DNA of 57,752 nucleotides, counting the filler, from Basidioascus undulatus (lineage: Eukaryota): assembly GCA_000826855.1 (NCBI GenBank). It is 5 parts of 5 records of this genome, joined end to end, with 100 filler letters (N's around TTAATTAATTAA, not from the genome) between each part and the next. Parts side by side here need not be neighbours in the genome. Positions count along the whole stretch, not along the records: positions 1 to 11,491 come from JTLS01001001.1; positions 11,592 to 23,067 come from JTLS01001002.1; 3 more parts are not named here. One strand, given 5' to 3'. Of the stretch, positions 1 to 12,340 are shown piece after piece. A program made the position numbers and the translations under genes. Each line of letters opens with the position of its first letter. The stretch's first letter is position 1. A model generated the notes under the pieces. That model was not told the DNA's origin. It saw nothing but the letters and a program-made list of their open reading frames with translations, and searched no databases.

Positions 1-1330
1 GCGCGCCCTCCCGCGCGCCACCCCGCCGGAGATCGCGCGCTCCGACCTCAGCCTTTTCGTCCTCCATCTCGCTGCGCATCGCGCCCACCTCGCGCTTGAT
101 GAGCTCGTGCTCGCTCAGCAGGCCCTCGAGGGAGCGGATCTTCTCGACCTGCGCGGTCAGCGACGCCTGCGTGTCGGTCAGCTGCTGCTGCAGCGAGGCG
201 ATGGTTGAGTCGTGCGGTTGGGGTGGAGAGCCACCGTTCTGGTTTGGAGCGCGGACGGGCGGGAGGTGATGAGGGGGGAATGTAGGGTGGGGAGGCTGTG
301 GGGTGACCGAAGAGGTCAGTACACGGGGTTCGCCTGAGAGGCCTGTAGAAAGTGAACGCACAAGGCCACCCCCCAGAGTGTCCTGGATGTCCGTCATCTG
401 CCCCGTGAGCGAGTGCAGCTCCGCGCCCGTCTCGCGGCTCTTTTGCAGCTCGTTCTGGAGGCGGTTGAGGATGTGGTCGAGGTTGACCGACTTGCCGCCG
501 CCCATGCGCCGCTGACTGCCCATGTCATGCTGCTGCTGTGCAGCCGCGGCCGAGCGGTAGTACACCGCCTCGCTGATTGCGTAGAACAAATCAGCAGTTG
601 TTCTGCGTGCACATGGCCGTCACAACGCACCGCTGCGAGATTGCGGCGTCTTCGGGAGAGAGGACGACGAAGACCTTAGCGGCGACCTTGTGGTGGATGA
701 TCGTCTTGTTGTCATCCCCGACAATATCGATACCGAATTCCTGTCGTGTCGAGCATCGGTAAGGCCAATGACGGAGTGGGACAGTCAAGCAAGTGGGACG
801 TACGACCATGTCCTCCGAGTGCAGCTCGAACACATCCGACTCGACGCCCTCCGGCGACAACCGCTCGCCATTGATGAACGTCCCGTTGGAGCTCTTGACG
901 TCCTTGATGTAGATCTGCCCTCCAAACTCTCGTCAGACCCGAATTTCGCCCGCACCCCGACGCTGTCCACCGCCTCCTCCAACAGGAAACGCACCTTGCC
1001 CCCCTCAGCAAACACCTCCGCATGCGCTCGACTGAGCACTTTCGAGTCAAAGTAGCCGTTCCGCTCGGTCGGGAGTGTCTTTGCGTTGGTCTGACGGCCG
1101 ATCTTTACACGCGAGCCGGGCGGGTCCAGCGAGATTGCTTTGGGGGCGAATGAGTTGTTGAGCGGGTAGAGATGACTGAGCTCAGGGACAATGGGGCTGG
1201 ATATGTCAGTCCAACACAGCCTTTTCTTGAATCTCATCAGAAGGAAGGTGTAAACGAACAGGGATGGGTACGGAGCCTGCTGTTGATTCTGGGCGGCCGC
1301 CTGGGACGCAGACGGGACCGAGGGCGCCAT
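1..1330 (-). CDS. VPS64: FHA-domain coiled-coil STRIPAK subunit (Vps64/Far9/Far10, SLMAP family); multi-exon, 3' end runs off the contig
   Basis: Spliced translation LHLYPLNNSFAPKAISL..VKIGRQTNAKTLPTERNGYFDSKVLSRAHAEV|IYIKDVKSSNGTFINGERLS..|EFGIDIVGDDNKTIIHHKVAAKV gives the FHA signature GR..S..H..SSNGT typical of Vps64/Far10. A coiled-coil segment follows near position 1-200. Confidence 0.9.
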
Positions 1331-3428
1331 GGGGACCGGCTAGGAGAGGACGAGGGCGAAGGATGAGATCGTGAGCGGTGTAGAAGACTCTGAATGTACG
1401 AATCAAAGGGCGGGGGTAGAGTGAGCGCTGGTGGAGCAGGCTAGGCGTCGGACGAGTCCAAGGCGAGTCGCGCAATCCGAGGCGGGGCGAGCGCGTCGTG
1501 AGGCTTAGTCAGCGAGTGGCCCCCCCTCTTCCTTGCTGTTCCGCTGATCCTCTGAAAAGTCAATGAAGTAGTCTGGGAATTGGAGCCTAAGGCAGACAGG
1601 AAATATATCGATGTACCCCTGGAAGTCGGGAGAGAGAGCAGGACTTGCCGGCTTGGGCTGCGAAAGTGCGGGTGGGGCTATCTAAAAACCAGTGGGGACT
1701 GCAACGACCAAGCCCGCAAATCCTCAGCTTGGTTTTGGTTGTGTTAGAAGTCCCAAGACTTACACAACAAGTTGGTCTGCGAAGGCACTATCACTGCTGC
1801 CACCTTATTGCCCACTGTGGGCGGGTAATCCACTCCTCAAACAAGCAGCTTTGCCAAAGGGTATTCATATGGCAATTTGACTACACAGGAACCCCAAACT
1901 TCATGGAAATTCTGTTTTCTATATTTATCCCTAAGACAATACTGGAGAGGTAGTCTGAAAGACAGCTTCTTCAGCTTGAAAAGTCGTCAGCCGGGCTTCT
2001 ACCAGCCTTCACGAGTGTCTGTAGGTTCCAAGTCATGGCTGAGATCTTAATTGAGACCTTAATGCTGCCCAGAGTTGACATGAGATCAATTTCAGCTTCT
2101 CAATGCACTGACTTCTGCTGGGATATTTTCCAGGCTTTCCGGCACCACCGCAATGGTCCACCAAAATGACGCGGTCTCTACAGGAGTGGCCTACATGACT
2201 TTCCTAGCTTAACTAATTACTTGATTTCTCAATACTACTCTCTACAGTGGCGCACAAAGCTGGCAACTAGTAAAACTGGGGGAAGGGGGGTGGCTTAGTC
2301 TTCTACCGACAGCTCTTGGTGCACTGAACTTATCCCAGCTGCAGAAGTTCTTATCGTTTCCGGTGCTCTATCCTTGTGTTGCCGATTCTTGTAGTTACTT
2401 AATAAAACAGTATTAAAAAGGCAGATGACTATGTATCTTACTGCAGAACCAGCTAGTTCATGTGCTGCAGCAAGTTGTTTCGCTAGGTCCGTGGGCCCAG
2501 AGATCACCACTGCCGAGCGATAAAAGGTCTGACAAAAATAACAAAGCAATCGAGTTTTTGAAGCACAGTTCTCGCAGGAATAGCATGAGCGCTACGCTGG
2601 GCAGATTCTCATTCAGCCATACCTAACCGGCTCATGAGGACCGAAACTTCCCAACGCTTCCTTGCCATTCAGCACCATCATCGTCCCCAGCGGTAATCAC
2701 CATTCTTTTGAACTGCCCCAAGTCGGACTTTACTGATACGCTTTTTCGATCAACTCTGCACTCGTCCTCCTTCCGCCGTCAATGCCGGCATCGGGGTCTT
2801 CATGGAACGCACTACTCCTTGACCGTCTTTTTCCTGACATCCCGTAATCGCGGATTCGATCAAACGTTCGACCACATCGAATAGGGCCCGATCCATCGTA
2901 TGAAGGAGCTCTTCTCTTCGCTCGTAATGCCTATCGCCTGAGCCATGAAGGTGAACAATCAGGTCTGCGAGGGCGCTGCCTCTGACAGGCCGTCCATATG
3001 AATGAGAATCTCCATCGATGGGTGAGACGGAGATGGTAACATTCACGGATCCCTTCCGGCGATCTAACGGTCATGGCCGACGTGTGGGCCTTCAAGTGGT
3101 TTCTTCTCATCGCCCAAGGGTTGTTCGCTCGAGGGTGCTTAGACGCGTTTCACTGCGTACCCTAGGGCCTCTCAACCTGAAACGGGACAGCATCACCACC
3201 TTTTTGCTTTTGGCGATTCAAGCTCTATTGACCAGGAAGCGGCTGCTCTGTTGCATGAAAACGTCTCTTCAACGCTGCATGCAGACGCAGGTGCTGTCAA
3301 CGCACCTCGACATGCTGTCGGACCGGTGTGGCGCAGTTGCACGTCGGGCCCGGACGCGCTCATTGAGTTCGCGCCAGACGTTGAGGATGTCTCACCCTTC
3401 GTCGCGTCCCAAGCCTCGCTTCGAGCCT

Positions 3429-5888
3429 CGAGCTTCCTCAATGGCAAGATGATGGCCCTTTCGCCGGTCAACCGACCGCGCTCACATCAATATCCTCAAC
3501 ACCACGAAGCCCTTCTCTCCTGTCCCGCCGCAGGCGCTGCCGTGTCTATGCCGTCCTCTCCGTCTATCCCAACCCCACCCCTTTCTGGTCAATTCACACA
3601 TAGATGGTATGCTATGCTTGGGTGCGTTGGCCATTCCATCTGTAACTCGAGCGGCACCGGGTTCTGATAGCTGCGCAATCAGGAGAAAGCTATCGCTCGC
3701 CAACGTAGCCCTGGCGTGCTGCGTCGTGGGCTTGCTGGGATTCTTTGACTTGCTTCCATTGGATCCCTCACATCCTCAGTGCGTCTTCCCCGCTTCCTTT
3801 TTCTCAAATTCGTGCCCCTTACCGACCCCCCCCCTTCCCGCAGCTTCGCACTCTCCCTCTTATCTTCTTCCCGACAAGAAACACCGCTATGCGAGCCTTA
3901 CTCCTCCTTCGGGCACCTCAGCGTCTCGCCCGAGATGCACTCGAACCGATGGCACCCTCTCCGCGAGTCCTGCCACTCTCCGGCCCTCATGGCGTCCTTC
4001 ATCCGAGCCGCGCACGCCGCTCAACCGCCCACCAACAAGGACGCACTGAGCAATGTGCAGGATGGCGAGGTTGGGCCGGATGGGCGGCCGTGGGAAGACG
4101 TAGAGTGGGCGAGGAATCGGACGCTGCTGGTCCTGGGCGATAGCGTGCACCGTTTGAACGTGCGCTACTTCTGCAACGTGCGTCTTTCCCTTATCCCTCT
4201 TCCCTCCAAGCCTTTCTCCGTTTCCGCATTCCCTGAATATCACCGGGATGAAACCTCAGATGCTCGGCGAGCCCTTCCACTGGATCCCCTGGGAGCACAA
4301 GTGGTCCCCGCCCGAGCCCCCAACTCCCGAGCCGCTTGTCGACCCCTCCACGCCCGCAGGCGAGCCCCTGCCTGCCGCCGCGGCTGCTGCCCATGGACAC
4401 CATCCCTTCCAGAACCCGCCGCATGCGAAGCGAGCTGCAAATATCGAGGACCACATGGCACATTTCTGCTACATCCCCGGACTGGATTTCTTGATCATGC
4501 AGGTGTTCCACTATGGGTGAGTTTAGTATGTTTTATCTTCTGTGAAGACGCAGGGCTGAATGACGTCATGGTCGGGGCAGAATGGACGAGGAGAACGTAC
4601 GTCGCCAGCTGGGGCAGCATTCCGGGCTGCGAGAACTGACAGGGAGACTTTCTCCTGACAGTACTGGGTTCACAAAGTACGCTTCTCCGTTCTTCCTTTC
4701 CCAGTTCTTCCCTTACCACATTCCAGGGTACTCACTTTTCAATCGCGATGCAGCCCAGCTACACTCCTCCCAGTCCGTTCCGCCCTTCGCGTTTCACGCT
4801 TTTCTCCCAACGTACTGACATTTCCTCTCAATTATGTACAGGCACCTACGAAGACCGTCTCTCCATGCTCACCGTGCCGTACATGGCCAAAGCGACGTCC
4901 GAGCTGGGACCCATCGGCGCGCGGCTCGCTTCCGCGCCTGAGCTCATCCTTCTCTCCTCCTCGTTCTGGGACTCGGCCCGCTACGCTCGCATCGACGTAG
5001 AGACTGGCGCGCCAACTGATTCGGACTTGACTGCGTTAGTCGTTTTTGTGGACTGTCAGGGAAGCGCTGACTTTGGACATGGCTGTGCTCAGCGAGCGCT
5101 TGCAGTGGTACCGCGGCCGCGTGCGCGAGGTCCTCGTCAATACGAAACGGGCTTTTCCTCAGTCGAGCATCAGCTGGGTGACCGGACACTACCGTGCGTT
5201 CTCTTCATTTTCGCTCCTGTGCGGACGACTCGCTCATTAGTTCTTCCCTCTCTCCAGCCTCCGCCGGCGACCTCAAAGTGCGTTTCGCACCACCCTTTTA
5301 TTAGGCACTGTGTTCTGACCCTGACATGTCACCCAGCTCGAATGGTTCCTCCGCGGCGCCGACGCGAAAGCGACGAACCAGCGGCCATCGCTGTACCTTA
5401 ACCGGCTCTGGCAAATCGACAATGTAAGTCTTCTCCCATTCGCGTTTCGCCTTTCCTCCGGCGCTTTCGGCTGACGAACCCGCTGTGCACTCAGGCCGCG
5501 CGCTCAGCAATCCTCGACCCCCTTCCCGCGAACCTGACCAGACCAGACGCAGATGTCGTCCGCCAGACGCGCATCAACGAATGGGGAACGCTGATGCTTG
5601 GCCAGGCAAAGCACATGTTTGACGGGTGCGTCAGGCTCACTCTCTATTTTCCTACTCTCTACTCTGCATTTTGGCTGAAGCTTTTGCGACGCGTAACAGG
5701 ATGCACCAGGCTCTCCTTCCGGGCGGGTACCTGTGGGCAGGTGAGTGCCCTGGCTCGCCTGCTGCGCTGTTTCGAGCGTGAGATGAAGAAGGGGAATCGG
5801 CGGCTCACTCATTTGGGCGCTGCATACGTTTCGGACAGACATGATGCTCTATGAGATGCGGCACGCGGTGCTGCACGGGCAGCGATAA
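3429..5888 (+). CDS. CAP64/CAS3-like SGNH-fold protein (putative polysaccharide O-acetyltransferase/esterase) with N-terminal membrane anchor; more than 10 exons; start approximate
   Basis: Hydrophobic anchor LANVALACCVVGLLGFF; GDS motif in WARNRTLLVLGDSVHRLNVRYFC; LSSSFWD; C-terminal DxxH in MFDG|MHQALLPGGYLWAD; GT-AG introns keep the frame open to TAA at 5886-5888. Confidence 0.72.
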
Positions 5889-7190
5889 CGCGGTCTTTCT
5901 CATGTTTCCCTTTTGCATTCATCTCCATCCGGTGCCTCCAATCCATTGCGCATCATGACCCCCCTCCGCTTCCTTTCCTCATCCGCATCGTATGTTCCAT
6001 GGCCCGCTTCCACCAAAGGTCGTCCTCGCAACTCAACGTTTCTCCACCCACTACCTCATCCCGCAGTCCTCATCCAACCCCTTGCATCTGCCTGCACCGC
6101 ATTTATTTCACTGGACTCACACTTTTACTTTTGGGGACTTTTGATACTTTATTGTGTTTGGCTGAAGCGCGGAATACACCGACTGGGCCGCGTTGCAAAG
6201 GCTGGCTAGGCAAGGTCCATACTGATCATTCCTGAATTCGAGCAGCGCACGGACCGAACTCGCCATTTCAATCAGAGCATCCCCGAAGTAGCAACGCCCC
6301 GCGAAGCTGGCGGCATGGCCATTCCTCAGCCGCCCCACTAGTGAGGCCTCATGTCCTCGCCATCCTGTCTGTTTTCACCTTCAGGTTTTCTTCATTAAAG
6401 ACCCTTTTTCGCTCGCCAGCTCCCTAACGTTCGCACGTTTTCGAGGTGCCAACCCTCGAGGCACGGCGTCCACTCCGTGCGCATGCTATCTTCCGCGCCG
6501 CCCTCGCCGTTCCTCGCTCTGTCGATCACGCACGGAGTTGCTGGAATAACTGCGAATGTGGACATCTCGGATCAATTGACCCGTGACGCCCACACTCGAA
6601 ATGGGGCAGGTGGCCGCGCTTCGAAGGAGGAGGGCAACAGGCAAGGAAGTTTTGCTATCATCTGCTTAAGCGGACACGATTACAGCCAGTAGCTTAGGGG
6701 TATTTAATCTTAAGCGAGGTTCCATCCTTTCAACTAAGATGAACGTCGCCCCACTGAACCGCCAGTTCGGTTGCCGTTCTCGAGCCCAGCCTTAGACCGA
6801 GTGCAAAAGTGCGGGTCAGAAATGGTCCTTCACCTTTGCAAATTCTCAGCTTTCAGGTAACAATTTTGCCCAAGAGAAGGTCAGATGCGGGCCCGTCGGG
6901 TCGGAACCGAGGTCGAAGGTCCGTTCGAGCGTGCGGGCTTTGGCAGCATGGATCATCAGAGGCTCCATAGGCATGCAGCACGACGCTCGCTCCAGCTGGC
7001 CGTGGCTCCGAATTGACCATGGCGGCTGTGTAAGGGACGAGCGCTTGCCCATGATCACCCTGATGCGGAGACAGGGAGTCAGAGGGGATTGCTGTGCCGT
7101 CTGCGCTCCTACTCACGCGTACCAGAGCCGTCTATAATCGCCTGTTTTCCGAATGCGCTGCAATACTGGGACCGAATTCTTTCAAGAGCG

Positions 7191-7234
7191 GATGAGAGGA
7201 TGGTGAGGAGAGGATGGTGAGGAGAGGATGATGG
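7191..7234. repeat. Short tandem repeat, about 2.5 copies of a 14-bp unit (GAGAGGATGGTGAG)
   Basis: gatgagaggatggtgaggagaggatggtgaggagaggatgatgg read directly. Confidence 0.7.
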
Positions 7235-7887
7235 GGGTGGGGAGCAAAACTGTGCGCAGCCCGGTGGACGAGCTAGGTTCAACGAGGCGATCGGCGTTTC
7301 AGCATTCGAAAATGCTTCCGCTCGCCCGGCATCGGTCGCCCCTTTAATCTGATGAAACTGAATATTAAGTGGAAGGAAAGATGAGTCTGTAAAGGCCACG
7401 AGACCATGCATTCCGAGTGTGGTGACACGAACAACTAAAGCGTGTGACTCAGAGGGCGACGTCGTCGCGAGAGGACCAGCTGCATGTCGGCTGTTGCTGT
7501 GCTCCTCAGCTCGTCGTCCACACGCCGGTAGGCACTTCGGCCCGAAATAAGAGGCCTTCTTTTTGGGGATCACTGAGCTTCAGCATCATGAAGCGACCGC
7601 AGGCAGTTTTGGCTCGCTGCGCGCCGCTGTGTACTTGTCACCTTCTATTAAGGGACGTTGTTTGTTGTAGTGGCAGCATAGTCTGTGAATATTTCAAACG
7701 CCCACATAAAGGTTCGTGGAAGGAAGCCTGAATGAAGGCAACCGAAAGGCTGACAGAACCCGTTTAACCTTCCTGACGTCGCGTACGTCGCCCCTTCAGG
7801 CCTTCACACTCCTTCTCATCAACGTATCCTTCGTCCCTATTACCCTAGAACATCGCGTCTTTATCACCACACACACGCCGATCCACT

Positions 7888-8200
7888 ATGAGCACGTACA
7901 ACAACGCCTGCCCTTCCGAAATCCCACTGCACATCCCGGTCGGCGAGCCGCCGGACCCACACGACATCGAGGAGCACGCCCAGCCGCTGATTGAGCAGCT
8001 CGAGGAGGTGGCAAGTGAACATCGGTACGACAAAAGGACGGGGATACCTAAGCCGCCGCCTCGTGAGTACTGTCTCCGGGCATGCGGCGAAGCAGCGTGT
8101 CGGACTCGGCTGACGGGATTTATCGGACAAAGCGCCCAAGCCTGGGCATCTGGACAAGGCAGCTAGGCTCAAGGCACCTGTATCCGTGAAAAGGGAGTAG
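7888..8200 (+). CDS. Hypothetical 80-aa proline-rich protein, two exons (7888-8062, 8133-8200)
   Basis: Pyrimidine-rich leader, then cactATG; GC3-rich codons; 70-nt intron with GTGAGT donor, GCTGAC branch and AAG acceptor; ends at TAG. Confidence 0.45.
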
Positions 8201-9258
8201 GGTGGGGAGGGATGGACTGGGATGCAAAGGTTGACCTTTTGGGCTCGTTCATTGTTCAAATGCCAGTGGTGAGCTGTGAGGTGCGAAATCTACCGTGGTC
8301 CGGTGAACCATTAGAGGCATACACTACCTAAAAGTAGCTATACGACGCCCTTTTCAGAGAAGACCTGCAGGGACAGACCCTTAGTTGAGGTACGCTACAA
8401 CACTTCGCCAGAGGTCTGCTCGCCTAGGCCTGTCCACTCGACCACAGCGAGCTGACTGGTTGTCTGAGTGAGCCCCATATCAGGTGCCCTGGGGCAAGAA
8501 TTTTTGAAGAACGAAGTCATGGGTTCTTCCATCGCGTATGATACCGGTCCAAAGGCGGTCGGTGGAGATCTCGGCACCCTCTGGGCGTAAGCGCTGCCAG
8601 CATTAGACTTCGAAAGGTGGTCTTATATCATGAAGCCCACATTCTTAAAGCTGCTTGGTATGGAGCAATGTAAAGTCCAAGGCCTGGACGATGTCGCGCA
8701 ATGTCATGCAACATACCCAGCCTCCAGCCTCGCTGTGACAGAGGGAGCCGCATCATCGACCGATGGCTCCATAAGTAAGGGAGCGGAAATAAACAGGCTC
8801 TCCATGAACCCGGCGTCGTCCCACGATTGAAGGAAATGAGGCGGAAAATGGAGCGCAGATCGACCTCACGGCGACGAGCCGTGGGGGGTTGTCGAGGAGC
8901 TTCGGGAAGCCTGAAGAAACGAAGGAAGTTACTTAGACCGAAATTTTCCTAAATATTTATTTGATTTAGGCGGTAATATAGGGTACGCACCGGTCTGTTC
9001 GTCTACTCGATTCCGCTCCTCCAGGCGATGAAGGGTGGCAGGTGGGAAGTAAGCCAAACGGCGATATACCGAGGCCATATCGGGTGCAGCCCGCCGAGAG
9101 CTCTAGGGCAAATTAGCTGTCTCGTTCTCAAGGTCAAAGGCTGTACTGGGTCCGGTCGAGCGTGCACTAAATCAGTCACTGGGGAAACATCTCCACCCGC
9201 AGGGAGCCTAGGACATCAACAGAGGCTCACCTGCCAGCGTCTAGAAGGGCTTCATCTG

Positions 9259-9615
9259 CTATTCAACCGCCGCACTCATCCTCCGTAAGCCCTCCCGTTG
9301 TATATCCGCCAGCTGCTGGCGCTCCGGCGCATGTAGCGCCTCGAGCCAGAGCCAAAAGTCGTACACCACCCGGCCGCCTGTCAAGTCCACCTTTCTGTGC
9401 TCCAGCTCGGCGTCCATTGTCCAGAAGGGTTCCAAGCGGGACCCGACGCACATCCCCACCCAGGAGGGATAGGCCGGAGGGGACTGGTACAGCGCCGTGC
9501 TGCGGTGCCGGCTGCCGTTCAGGCTGTCGGAGTGCAACTCTACGGGGTTCTGTGATTCGGTGGAGGGGGAGAACTTGCGTCGCCGACGCCAGGGAAAGAA
9601 ATGGTCATGAAGGGC
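9259..9615 (-). CDS. Possible exon of a hypothetical protein, or a relic
   Basis: Open, GC3-rich frame (..LEPFWTMDAELEHRKVDLTGGRVVYDFWLWLEALH..) preceded by a pyrimidine tract plus CAG. No phase-compatible upstream exon found. Confidence 0.25.
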   Translation of the reverse strand, partial: ALHDHFFPWRRRRKFSPSTESQNPVELHSDSLNGSRHRSTALYQSPPAYPSWVGMCVGSRLEPFWTMDAELEHRKVDLTGGRVVYDFWLWLEALHAPERQQLADIQREGLRRMSAAVE

Positions 9616-10232
9616 TGTAGAGCGAAAAAAGAAGGAGGAAGGCAGGGAGCTCTTAGTACGTACAATACATCAGTGGCAAGGCGGAACCGAATTTTCGAAA
9701 CCGGGAGCTCGCAAGGCCAACCGGAAGCCATGAAAGTACGTCTGTATTACTATCTACCGCGTCGGCTACTCCCAAGGACGCTTTGCATGGTTTCGGTGTA
9801 ATATGAGCTGCAAGTAAGAGGGACACGGAGATGTGAGCCGTTGCAAGCCTTCGCGGCTGATTCAGTTCCGAGTCGCGAAACAATTGTAATCTTTACTGAT
9901 ATATCGCGTCTTTTTACCATCTTGAAAACTGAACTGATGTTTTTTCTGGGTTCAAGGATTTTCCATGAGCATTTAAAGTGAAAGCGACGCAGCTTACGCA
10001 ACGACCTCTCACGCTCGCATCACGTCCGCATCCACGCCTCAAGTGAGGAGCTCAGTCTCAACAGTCGACTCGCTCAACGGCCCGCTTCCGGCATCCGCAT
10101 TCCAAGTATACATCCCGCACGGAACACGCAGTCCACAAAATGGCCGCCCCTTTCCCCTCGCCGCTCTCCCCGCTACCATCACCATCTCCCTCGCCGTCCA
10201 ACGCGTCCTCGCCCGCCCAAGACACCGACAAG

Positions 10233-11460
10233 ATGGTTTCCACTCGCAGCAGCAGCGGCCGCGGGACAGGGAAGGTTGCACCAGCACCCGTCGCGTCGGG
10301 ATCCAAGCGCAAGCGTGCGTCCACCCCACTAGCTGCCATATCATGTCGGGTCTGAAGCTCAAGGAAGGGTGACGGGAGGATAGGTGGGGGCGCGAACCTG
10401 GTGGGAAACAGGATCTTCACGGACAGTGAGGAGGGCGAGGAGGAAGAAGTGGACGAAGTTGAGTCGGAGGACAAAGAGGAGGACGGGGAGGAGGACGCCC
10501 CGTCCGATGACGAAGGCGAGCCGTACGCGGACGAGGACGAGGAGGCCGATGAGCTCGAGCTGTCCTCCGCCGGCGAGGGCGAGGACGAGTCCACGCCCGC
10601 TCCTGCACACGGCCCCTCCGCCGCTGCTGCGCCTAGCAAGGGCGGAATCAAGATCAAGCTCCGCGTCGGCTCAGACTCGGCGAGCGCGGGAGGGGGGAAG
10701 GGGAAGGGGAAGAAGGCTGCGGGCGGGGGAGGCGGAGGGCGCAGTAAGAAGAAGGCTAAAGCAGGTGCGCATCTCTCGTCCCACGTTCGCCCTTCGCGCT
10801 GGCTCTTGAGGAAGGAGGGGACTCATGCGGGGGAATGGCGAATGCACTGCGCAGAGAGCGACCTGAGCGACTTTACGGAGGACGACCCCACCGAGGCAGC
10901 CACCCCCGCCTCGAACAAGCGCCTCACTGCGCGGCAACGCGCCGCGCTCGGACAAGTGGAGACTGAGCTGCTAGAACTGCCTGAAGGTGTGCCTCCGCCT
11001 ATTCCCACCCACCCTTGCTCTTCCCCGCTGCGCGGACGGGCGATGCTGACCCACGCTCATGGGATCGGGGTAGCCATTAACCCGCAGAAGAAGATCTGGA
11101 CAGACGAGGAGCTCGCGCTCAGGCGGAGCGAGACGGCCCGACGACGGAAGCACCAGAGTGACCAAAAGCTCGAAGACGAGAAGGTGCATCCCTCTCCATC
11201 TCCCGTCTCCCCTCCCGTTCCCTCCCCACTTCGCTCACCACTTCTCATACACTTTCCAGACCGAAACCATCAACCGCCTCCTTAAAAAGACCGTCTCGCG
11301 CCGCTCCACAAAGCCACAGCCGACCGCGCCCTCGGGCGCAGCGTCCTCCGCGCGCGGGTCGCCCACGCCTGCAGGGGGCGAGGGCGCCGAGTCGGGAAGC
11401 GCGACGCCGCCGCCGCCGCCGACGATGGCGCGCTGGGTGAGCAAGATCGAAGCACCTCGG
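10233..11460 (+). CDS. IES2: INO80 complex subunit Ies2 (PAPA-1 domain); 3' end truncated at contig end
   Basis: Acidic tract, IKIKLR, RLTARQRA, EELALRRSETARRRKHQSDQKLEDEK|TETINRLLKK and MARWVS match Ies2/INO80B PAPA-1 motifs. Confidence 0.88.
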
Positions 11461-11491
11461 AGCTTAAATGCGATGCTGAAGACGTACGTGC

Positions 11492-11591
11492 NNNNNNNNN
11501 NNNNNNNNNNNNNNNNNNNNNNNNNNNNNNNNNNNTTAATTAATTAANNNNNNNNNNNNNNNNNNNNNNNNNNNNNNNNNNNNNNNNNNNN
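11492..11591. other. Artificial contig linker (N44-TTAATTAATTAA-N44)
   Basis: 100-nt spacer with stops in all six frames; identical copies occur three more times. Confidence 0.99.
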
Positions 11592-12003
11592 TTGATGATA
11601 GGCCGGACGTGATTCGGTGGACTGTGTTCGAGACCTGCCGACCCCAAACATGTTTCGGTTTTCAGGCGAAAGAGTCAACAGGGACTCGCATATATTTCGT
11701 GAGAGCAGAATCGGGCATCTTCGTGTCATCTTCTAACTCGTACTCAAACAACAGCAAGTAGCAAAGGACGGCTCAAGCATGGAGGCGAAGGTGCGGAGAG
11801 TACAGGGGAGGTGAGGGCGCATGTGCAAGGATGTTGCGACACCCAACCAAAAAGCCAGAAACGTAGAAAGATGGAGGTCCCTAAATTAAGACTCAAGAAG
11901 CCGCCTGCCTCAAATTTTTGCAGGCAGGCGCCTCAGAAGAATAATCGTGAGGCTAGAAGACAGATTGACTTCCGCTTCGCTCCAGATGGCAAGTCTGTGG
12001 GGG

Positions 12004-12030
12004 AAAAAAAAAAGAAAAGAAAAAAAAAAG
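12004..12030. repeat. A-rich low-complexity tract
   Basis: Run of A interrupted by single G residues. Confidence 0.8.
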
Positions 12031-12340
12031 CAGCACGTCTCGCAGTGCACAGTGGCAGACGTAGAGTCATCAAGACCTCATGTGATTGATTCCACTGCTG
12101 ATGGCTGCCGTTTAGACACTTGAGAAGGCCAGCTTGAAAGGCGGCTTGTGTTGAAATTTCTGGAGCTGCAGAGGGAAGCCGAGAATACCGTGGAGGGAAC
12201 TGGATCCTCACTTAGCCCCACATCCCCCCTCTGCCCCTCCGCTTCCAGATAGAGTCCCTCCCCTTCATGTAGTCTACCACGCTTGTACCTTTCCTGTGCC
12301 CGCTAGCGGCGTTGCATGCAAAGCACTTAACTCCTAACCT

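Noticed and set aside
2580..3050. 98-aa minus-strand ORF with helical-looking sequence
   Set aside because: No recognisable family or gene structure; possibly a relic.
11445..11491. End of contig 1 loosely resembling a sequencing adapter (AGATCG..AAG..)
   Set aside because: The match is too degenerate; it may be low-quality or misjoined terminal sequence.
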